A stretch of DNA of 32,000 bases from Archaeoglobus fulgidus DSM 4304. Lineage in GTDB: Archaea > Halobacteriota > Archaeoglobi > Archaeoglobales > Archaeoglobaceae. The stretch is taken from positions 1,410,001-1,442,000 of the forward strand of contig NC_000917.1 in NCBI RefSeq assembly GCF_000008665.1, in the 5' to 3' direction. This document shows positions 24,885-32,000 of the stretch, in pieces (position 1 is the first letter of the stretch; each line of letters opens with the position of its first letter). Below the pieces are notes generated by a model. That model did not search any database. It had not been told where the DNA came from and saw only the letters and a list, made by a program, of their open reading frames with translations. The position numbers and the translations under genes are program-made.

Positions 24885-25631
24885 TCAAACCAAACCGCTT
24901 CTCAGGTTCTCTGTCAGAGCCCTTATGTCCTCAGTTGCACGCTCCCCTTTCTCATTTATCAGCCGAACAAAGGCGCTTCCAACAACAACCCCATCCGCCC
25001 CCGCGCTGATTAGCTGTCTCACATGATCGGCCTTTGACACCCCAAATCCGACAGCTACTGGCTTCCTGCAGATGCCCTTAGCCCTCTTCAGCGCTTCAAA
25101 GGCAAGCGGGGAGATTCTGTCCCTCTCTCCCGTAACACCGTAGGTCGAAACCAGATAAACGAAAGCTGAAAGCTCGTCCATCGCCCTCAGCCTATCTTCA
25201 GGCGTGTTTGGAGCAGCCAGAAAAACGTTCTTCATCCCAGTTCTGCTGCAAACCTCCACAAAGTCTCCGGCCTCGTCGTAGGGCAAGTCAACAACGAGCA
25301 TGGCGTCTATCCCTGAGGAGTAGGCTTTCTCCACAAAGCTCTCCACACCCCTGCGGTAGATTGGATTGTAGTAGCTCATCAGCACGAGCGGTTTGTCCGA
25401 CTCAGCCCTGAAGGCCTTCGCAATCTCGAAAACCCGCTCAACCCTGAAGTTCCTCAGAGCCCTGACGTAGGACTCCTGAATTGTTTTGCCGTCAGCCACC
25501 GGGTCGCTGAAGGGCACACCAAGCTCGATAACGTCAGCACCGGATTCAGCGGCAGTGAGCATGAACTCAACAGTTTTCTCAGCAGTTGGATAGCAGGCCG
25601 TGAAGAAAACTATCAGCGACCTGTCAATCAT
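24885..25631 (-). CDS. trpA: Tryptophan synthase alpha chain
   Basis: [29 protein letters not shown]; [11 protein letters not shown]; [11 protein letters not shown]. Confidence 0.97.
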   Translation of the reverse strand: MIDRSLIVFFTACYPTAEKTVEFMLTAAESGADVIELGVPFSDPVADGKTIQESYVRALRNFRVERVFEIAKAFRAESDKPLVLMSYYNPIYRRGVESFVEKAYSSGIDAMLVVDLPYDEAGDFVEVCSRTGMKNVFLAAPNTPEDRLRAMDELSAFVYLVSTYGVTGERDRISPLAFEALKRAKGICRKPVAVGFGVSKADHVRQLISAGADGVVVGSAFVRLINEKGERATEDIRALTENLRSGLV

Positions 25632-26782
25632 GCCAACCTCCTCCTCACGATGTCCATGTCCTTATCCCCTCTGCCAGAAAGGTTCACCACCAGAACGTCG
25701 TCTCTCTGCATCTCCTCAGCCATTTTCATCGCGTAGGCAATGGCGTGAGCAGATTCCAGGGCGGGAATTATCCCCTCAAGCTTTGAAAGCGTCTTGAATG
25801 CTCTCAAAGCCTCCTCATCGTTCACCGTTACGTACTCACACCTCCCTGTCTCCTTCAAGTAGGCATGCTCAGGCCCAACTCCGGGATAGTCAAGCCCGGC
25901 AGAAACGCTGTGGGTGTCGAGCATCATCCCCTCCTCATCCTGCAGGAAGTAGGACAGCATGCCGTGAAGCACACCCTTACTTCCCGCTGTAAGGGATGCT
26001 GAATGCCTGCCGCTCTCAATCCCCTCCCCGCCAGCCTCAACACCTATCAGCCTAACGTCATCGTTCAGGAAGGGATGGAAGATTCCCATGGCGTTGCTGC
26101 CCCCTCCAACGCAGGCGATGATGGCGTCCGGCATCCCTCCCTCAGCCTCAATAATCTGCCTCCTCGCCTCCTTCCCGATAACGGCCTGAAAGTCCCTCAC
26201 GATGGTGGGGAAAGGATGTGGCCCCACAACCGAGCCGATGAGGTAGTGGGTGTGCTCGAAGCTCTCAACCCAGTCCCGAAGGGCCTCATTTATCGCATCC
26301 TTCAGCGTTCTGCTTCCACTCTCTACTGCTGTAACCTTCGCCCCAAGCAGCTCCATCCTGAAAACGTTCATCTTCTGCCTCTCGTAATCCTCAGCCCCCA
26401 TGTAAATCTCCGCCTCCAGTCCAAGAAGGGCTGCCGCCATTGCCGTTGCCACACCATGCTGCCCAGCGCCGGTTTCTGCGATAACCCTCTTCTTCCCCAT
26501 GAATTTGGCCAGCAGAGCCTGGCCGATTGTGTTGTTGATTTTGTGCGCCCCGCCGTGAAGCAAATCCTCCCTCTTCAGGTAAATTTTCACTCCAAGCTCT
26601 CTGCTGAGATTCTCTGCAAAGTAGAGGGGAGTTGGCCTCCCCGCGTAGCTTTTGAGGTAGTATTCCAGCCTTGCTTTGAACTCCTCATCATCCTTAAACC
26701 TGTCATAAGCTTTTTCAAGCTCCTCCAGAGGTGGAATAAGAACCTCCGGAACAAATCTTCCGCCAAACTCACCGAACTTCAT
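25628..26782 (-). CDS. trpB: Tryptophan synthase beta chain
   Basis: [17 protein letters not shown]; [17 protein letters not shown]; [15 protein letters not shown]; start set at ATG 26782, within ORF 25628..26860. Confidence 0.97.
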
Positions 26783-27368
26783 TTTTCGCCCTCCTGACAA
26801 ATTCTCTAACCAGCATCTCATCCTTAAGCCCGTCTCTCTCCACTCCGGACGAGACGTCAACGCCCATGGGCCTCACGAACCTTATCGCCTCCCTCACGTT
26901 GTCCAAATTAAGCCCTCCGGCCAGAAAAACGCCGTATCTCTCCGCCAGAGCCTTGCTAACATTCCAGTCGTGAGTTTTTCCGCTCCCGCACCCCGAATCG
27001 AGGAGAATGAGGTGAGGGGAGTAGAGTTCAATCTTGGCAGCGATCTTTTCAGCCGGGCCTTCAACAATAAAGGCCTTCATGACCTTAACCTCCGCCTTCA
27101 GCCTCTCAAAATCCTCCAGCGGCATTTCGGAGTGAACCTGGGCGAAGCTGCATTCCGTCTTTGCGAGAATTTCCTCCCATTCCGCGTAGCTGCTTGCAGT
27201 TGACACCGCAAAAACCGGAATGGATGAGCTCCCGATAAGCTCTTTAGCCACATCAAGCTCCACGCACCTCTTTGAATCGCTTTTAACAACAACCCCGGTG
27301 AAATCTGCATACCTCTCCACAGCATCAAGCTCCTTCAGGCTTTTAACACCGCAAACCTTAACCATCAT
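26769..27368 (-). CDS. trpF: Phosphoribosylanthranilate isomerase
   Basis: [16 protein letters not shown]...; [16 protein letters not shown]; [15 protein letters not shown]; VDVSSGVE. Confidence 0.95.
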
Positions 27369-27894
27369 GGCACATCTCCACGAAGTTCCTAATCATCCTC
27401 ACACCGTCCTCTGTAAGCACGCTCTCCGGATGGAACTGCACGCCGTGTATTTTACCCCTCCTCAAGCCCATCACCACTCCATCTTCACTTTTTGCACACA
27501 CCTCAAAGCCTTCTGGCGGTTCAAGAACGGCGAGTGAGTGATATCTCCCCGCCCTGAGCGGATTTCTCACCCCTTTAAAAATCCCTCTGCCGTCATGCTC
27601 AACAAGTGAAGTTTTGCCGTGAACGGGCTCAACCCTCCCCACTTTCCCTCCAAAAACCTCCGCAATCATCTGATGGCCGAGGCAGACGCCGAGCACAGGA
27701 ACGCCCATTTTAAAGACGAATTCAAGGCTCCTGTCCGGCTTTCCCGGTCCGGGGGAAATCACCACACCGTCAAAGCTCATTTTTCTCAGCAATCCAGCAC
27801 TCTCCTTCTCAACAACCCTTACCTTGTCGAACAGAGAGATGTACTCCACGAGATTGTAAACGAAGGAGTCCTTGCAGTCAACAACGACTATCAT
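27358..27894 (-). CDS. trpG: Anthranilate synthase glutamine amidotransferase subunit
   Basis: [14 protein letters not shown]; [10 protein letters not shown]; [15 protein letters not shown]; [14 protein letters not shown]. Confidence 0.96.
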
Positions 27895-29126
27895 AGCCCA
27901 ACCGCCCTCAAAACCCTCGCTATCTTGTTTTCCGTCTCGAAAAACTCCCTTTCAGGAACGGAGTCCGCAACTATCCCCGCACCTGCCCTTATCCTCGCCT
28001 TTCCGTCGAACTCAATCATCCTGATTGCAATGGCCAGATCAGAAACATTCTCGCTGAAGTAGCCAACAGCACCAGCGTAAACCCCTCTGCAATCCCCCTC
28101 AATTTCGTCTATGAGCTCAATCGCCCTCAGTTTCGGCGCTCCGGTAACGGTTCCTGCGGGAAAGGTGGCTTTCATAGCGTCGAAGTGCGTCACTCCCGCC
28201 TTCAGCTCTCCAACAACCTCGCTTTCGATGTGCAGAACGCTCGGATACTCCACAACCTCCATGAACCTCGAAACTCTAACGCTCCCTGCTCTGCAAACCT
28301 TCCTCACGTCGTTTCTGGCTAGGTCAACAAGCATGACGTGCTCAGCCCTCTCCTTCTCATCGCTGAGGAGCTTTTCAGCAATCTCTTTCTCCCTTCCCGC
28401 CTCCCTCCTGGCGGTTCCGGCAATCGGGTTGATTATGAAGCTGTTTCCCTCAACCCTTCCCATCGTCTCCGGGCTTGAGCCGATCAGGGCCCTGTCGAAC
28501 TCAAGCAGGAACATGTAGGGGCTCGGATTCGTCTCCCTCAAATTCAGATACATCTGGAAAGGGCTCAAATCCGTATCAACAACATACTCCCTTGAAAGCA
28601 CAATCTGGTAAACCTCGCCCTCGAAAATCTGCTCCTTCCCTCTCTCCACCATCTTCTCAAACTTCTCCCTGCTTCCGGCCCTCAGGACCTCCGAATTCCC
28701 CCTCACTTGCTCAACCTCTACCCTCTTCGCCCTCTCGACAATCTTATCCGCGTTCTCAACGTTTACGCTGAAGAGCTTTCTCAGGTAGTGGTCGTAAACG
28801 AAGTAACCATCGTAGCAGCCAAAAACCGACGGGGTTTGGGGCTTCTTGCCAATATAGTTCTTCACCGCCTCGTAGGCAACGTAGCCGACAAGCAATCCCT
28901 TAACGTGAATCTCATTCAGCGCATCGAAGGGGTCCGAGATTTTTGAAATAACCTCCCCATCAACCCTGGTTCTGCTGCCGACCCTTACCGTGTAGAGGGG
29001 GTTGAAGGATATGTATGTGTATCTCGCCCTGCCGCTCTTCTCCGCGGATTCGAGAATGAACGGAAATTTCTCGTCTCTTATGGCTGAGTAGAGCTTCACC
29101 GGGTTTACATACTCGTGCTTTTGCAT
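27891..29126 (-). CDS. trpE: Anthranilate synthase component I
   Basis: ALIGSSPETMGRVEG, PIAGTARREAGREKE, HVMLVDLARNDVRKV, FPAGTVTGAPKLRAIELIDEIE. Confidence 0.96.
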   Translation of the reverse strand: MQKHEYVNPVKLYSAIRDEKFPFILESAEKSGRARYTYISFNPLYTVRVGSRTRVDGEVISKISDPFDALNEIHVKGLLVGYVAYEAVKNYIGKKPQTPSVFGCYDGYFVYDHYLRKLFSVNVENADKIVERAKRVEVEQVRGNSEVLRAGSREKFEKMVERGKEQIFEGEVYQIVLSREYVVDTDLSPFQMYLNLRETNPSPYMFLLEFDRALIGSSPETMGRVEGNSFIINPIAGTARREAGREKEIAEKLLSDEKERAEHVMLVDLARNDVRKVCRAGSVRVSRFMEVVEYPSVLHIESEVVGELKAGVTHFDAMKATFPAGTVTGAPKLRAIELIDEIEGDCRGVYAGAVGYFSENVSDLAIAIRMIEFDGKARIRAGAGIVADSVPEREFFETENKIARVLRAVGL

Positions 29127-30745
29127 GCGATTTCCTCCAGCTTTCTCGCAAGCTCCCCGCTCTGAACCTTTTCCTCAAAAATCTCAACGTTCTCCTTCAG
29201 GTCCTCATAGCCGAGGGCAAACAGTGCGGTTGCAAAGTTTATGGCAATGAGCCTTCTGTCCTCCTTCAGCCCCTTTCCGCTGAACACAGCCCTTATCCTC
29301 TCAGCCGACTCCCCGCTGCTGCTGCATGGCAAAACTCTGCACCTCTCGATGCCGAAATCCTCCGGCTCAAGTTTAAGCCTCTCAACTCCGCCATTAACAA
29401 CGGCGATGTCAGTTGAGCTGTTAGGGTTGACCTCGTCCATACCGCTGCCATAAACCACGACCGCTCTTCTGCCGAGCAGCGACATAGCCTTTGCAACCTC
29501 AACCAGCAGAATTTCACTCGCCACACCGACAATTTGCACCTCAGGCCTTGCGGGGTTGGTTAAAGGCCCAGTGACGTTGAAAATCGTCCGTATCCCCAGA
29601 TTTCTTCTCACAGCGGCAACCCTTGCAAAGCTTTTGTGGTAAAGGGGGGCGAAGAGGAAGGCAAAGTTGGTTTCGGCAATCATTTTCCTCGCCCTCTCTT
29701 CATCCATCTCAATTCTCACACCGAGAGCTTCCAGAACGTCAGCCGAACCGCTTTTGGAGCTGACTGCTCTGTTTCCGTGCTTTGCAACGGGATGGACTGT
29801 TGACAGCGCAATAGCAACAGCCGTGCTTACGTTTATCGAGCTCGTTTTGTCTCCTCCCGTCCCGCAGGTGTCCATAACCTTGCCGATCTCGATTTTGGAC
29901 TTCTCTGCAACCCCCTTCGCGAACCCGGCGATTACCTCTGCACCGTAGCCCTTAGCCTCCAGAGCTGCGAGAACTGCTGCAATCTTGATTTCATCAAGTT
30001 CGGGCAGCGTTTTTGCGAGCTCGTAGGCCTTATCGAAGTCCAGCCCCCTCAAAACATCCTCTATCATCTTCTCGCCTCCACAAACTGTCTGGACAAATTC
30101 TTCGGTGTTCTCAGCCATCATGAAGGCGGTCCCTATGAGGGCTGCATCCACATACTGCAGAACAAAGAGCAAATCTTCCACGCTGCCAATTCCGCTCCCG
30201 CTAACCTTGAAAGCCCTGATTTTTTCGGCAATTTTTGCTGTGACATCTATGCTTCCCCCATCCCTCTCCATGCGGTCAATGTCGCGGTTGTTTATCAGCA
30301 CAGCCCTTGCGTTTTCGGCGTAAACCAAATCCTCAGCGTGATGAACCTCAACCAGAGGCTCGATGCCGTGCTCGAAGCAAAAATCAACCATTTCCGCAGT
30401 TCTCTCCTTCAGATGCCTCGCTATGAGCAGCAAAGCTGCAGCCTCAACCTCAGCAGTTCTTTCAACCTCCTTTCTGCCCCTTATGAAGTCCTTCCTCAGA
30501 ACGGGCAGATCGGTAAGCCCAACAATCTTCTTCAGCGTCTCGAAATTTCCGCTGAACTGCTCTGCTGTTATGTACGAAATCGCCGCTGCACCAGCTTTTT
30601 CGTAGGCCCTCAAGATGTCCTCAATCCTCCTCCCTCTAAGCAAATCGCCGTGTATGGGGGATCGAACCTTAACCTCGGCAATGACTGCGTTCTTACCTCT
30701 TTTGCTTGCTCCCTTCAACGAATCAACAAACCCAAAGTCCATCAC
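29105..30745 (-). CDS. trpCD: Fused indole-3-glycerol-phosphate synthase and anthranilate phosphoribosyltransferase (TrpC-TrpD)
   Basis: TrpC part: VIAEVKVRSPIHGDL, LPVLRKDFI, VLINNRDI. TrpD part: VMDTCGTGGDKTSSINVSTAVA, VAKHGNRAVSSKSGSADVLEALG, GPLTNPARP. Confidence 0.95.
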   Translation of the reverse strand: MMDFGFVDSLKGASKRGKNAVIAEVKVRSPIHGDLLRGRRIEDILRAYEKAGAAAISYITAEQFSGNFETLKKIVGLTDLPVLRKDFIRGRKEVERTAEVEAAALLLIARHLKERTAEMVDFCFEHGIEPLVEVHHAEDLVYAENARAVLINNRDIDRMERDGGSIDVTAKIAEKIRAFKVSGSGIGSVEDLLFVLQYVDAALIGTAFMMAENTEEFVQTVCGGEKMIEDVLRGLDFDKAYELAKTLPELDEIKIAAVLAALEAKGYGAEVIAGFAKGVAEKSKIEIGKVMDTCGTGGDKTSSINVSTAVAIALSTVHPVAKHGNRAVSSKSGSADVLEALGVRIEMDEERARKMIAETNFAFLFAPLYHKSFARVAAVRRNLGIRTIFNVTGPLTNPARPEVQIVGVASEILLVEVAKAMSLLGRRAVVVYGSGMDEVNPNSSTDIAVVNGGVERLKLEPEDFGIERCRVLPCSSSGESAERIRAVFSGKGLKEDRRLIAINFATALFALGYEDLKENVEIFEEKVQSGELARKLEEIACKSTSM

Positions 30746-30823
30746 CTGCTCCCACCATGTGGGATTAATCCCGCGAAGTGTATTTAAGCTTTTTGCTATA
30801 GTATGGCAAAAAAGAGGTAAAAG

Positions 30824-32000
30824 TCACCTAAACTTTCTGATAAGAGATGATCCACCGAGAGCCGTTAAGGCTGCACCGACCTCAAATCCCGGAATGCCTC
30901 CTTCAGGCTTTACTGTGCTGGCCTTAACCTCAATCATGAGATTTTCTATCTTCCTCCTCGCTTCTTCATCCAGCTGAGGTGTGAACCAAAGCTTCTTCAT
31001 CAGGTCTTCGGGAACGTAAACTGCCGGGTTTTCAAGCACCTCCTCGCTGACGTAGTTTCTCGCCTCTTTTACGGGTGAGGCGTACTTTATGTAGTCAGAG
31101 TTTCTGCCTGAGACCTCAGGGTCGAGCATGAAGTTTATGAACTCGTGAGCAAGCTCCACGTTCTCGGCATCTTTCGGAATGCACATGTTGTCCGTCCATA
31201 TCGTTCCGCCCTCCTCCGGAATTGCAAAGCTCGCCTGATCAACTCCCTCCTCATCCTGAAGCCTTACGATGTCTCCGTTGTAGGCGTGGGCTACGTAGAT
31301 GCTTCCGTTCTTCAGCCCCTCAACGTAAACGTTTGCTCCGGCGTAGGCTGCGAGATAGGGCTTCTGTCTTATAAGAGCTTCCTTAACCTCCTGCATCGTC
31401 TCGTCGCTCCAATCGTCAACGCTTTTGCCGAGAAAGGCCTTGCACGCCAGTATAACCTCAATCGGCTCCTCAAGCATCGTTATCTTCTTGGCTGTACTTC
31501 TTCAGGTAGCCGTAGTCGGGGTCAAAAATCTGCCTGAGGGTTGTGACCTTCTCCGCCAAATCGGATCTGTATCCGAAACCAGTCGTGCCCCACATGTAAA
31601 CAGCGCTGTACCTGCCTTCCGGGTCGTAGGGAGTTGATTTGAACTTCTCGTCAAGGTGAGGGTAATTGGGAATCAGGCTCTTGTTAAGCTCCATGAGCAA
31701 TCCCTCCTTTATCGCCACGTCAAGGATGTAGTCGGGGATGATGACAACATCGTATCCGCTCTTCCCAGCCTCAAGCCTCGAAAGGACGACGTTTGGGTCG
31801 TCATATTCATCGTAAACTATGTTCTCCCTTGGAATTCCTGCGTGGGCTGCAAATTCATCGAGTAAAGCCTCATCAATGTAGTAGCTCCAGTTCCAGATTT
31901 TAAGGCTGTTCTCCGCGGCTCTGGCTTTTGGCATTCTCAGGCCTCCAAAAAGCGTCATTCCCGCCACTCCAGCAGCAAGACCGATAAAACGCCTTCTCGT
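30824..32000 (-). pseudogene. Tat-exported spermidine/putrescine-type (PotD-like) substrate-binding protein with an internal frameshift; continues past the window
   Basis: RRRFIGLAAGVAGMTLFGGLRMPKARAAENSLKIWNWSYYIDEALLDEFAAH... in ORF 31470..31967 (open to the edge). It continues at about 31490 in another frame as KKITMLEEPIEVILACKAFLGKSVDDWSDE...GGTIWTDNMCIPKDAEN. Confidence 0.7.

Noticed and set aside
25798-28946. Long plus-strand ORFs antisense to the trp genes (e.g. 26003..26797, 27619..28062, 28111..28518)
   Set aside because: They sit opposite strongly supported trp genes in GC-richer codons and have no recognisable domains or RBS; typical antisense spurious ORFs.
1-32000. tRNA or rRNA genes
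   Set aside because: No cloverleaf-like segment or rRNA-like conserved stretch was noticed by eye; this was not exhaustive and a tRNAscan run would be decisive.

Overview
This window looks archaeal and resembles Archaeoglobus fulgidus; that assignment is from protein recall, not a search. It has three parts. (1) Positions 1 to about 10.2 kb form an almost entirely plus-strand accessory island of secreted and membrane proteins with many reading-frame breaks. Its centre holds two paralogous precursors with related leaders but unrelated cysteine-rich C-termini. One C-terminus has the cysteine number and nearly the cysteine spacing I recall for the archaeocin halocin C8; the other has 18 Cys, mostly in a C-x3-C rhythm. 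Each precursor is followed immediately by a small or medium membrane protein, a candidate immunity or transport partner. Nearby are a Zn-dependent phospholipase C/S1-nuclease-like exoenzyme and duplicated promoter and signal-peptide cassettes. (2) Positions 10.4 to 24.8 kb are mixed: scpB, a degraded IS630-type transposase, two spore-photolyase-like radical SAM proteins, a HEPN/MNT pair, a RuBisCO-like protein beside a saccharopine-dehydrogenase-like protein, an NreA-like repair protein with a terminal PIP box, and a ribbon-helix-helix fusion protein. They also include a siroheme synthase / AhbA-AhbB-like locus with a frameshift and a TtuA/Ncs6-like protein. (3) Positions 24.9 to 30.7 kb hold a tightly overlapping minus-strand trp operon (trpCD-E-G-F-B-A). 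It is followed by a frameshifted Tat-exported PotD-like binding protein that runs off the window edge. Best candidate for a little-described system: the halocin-C8-like precursor / membrane-protein cassettes at about 1.4 to 4.1 kb.
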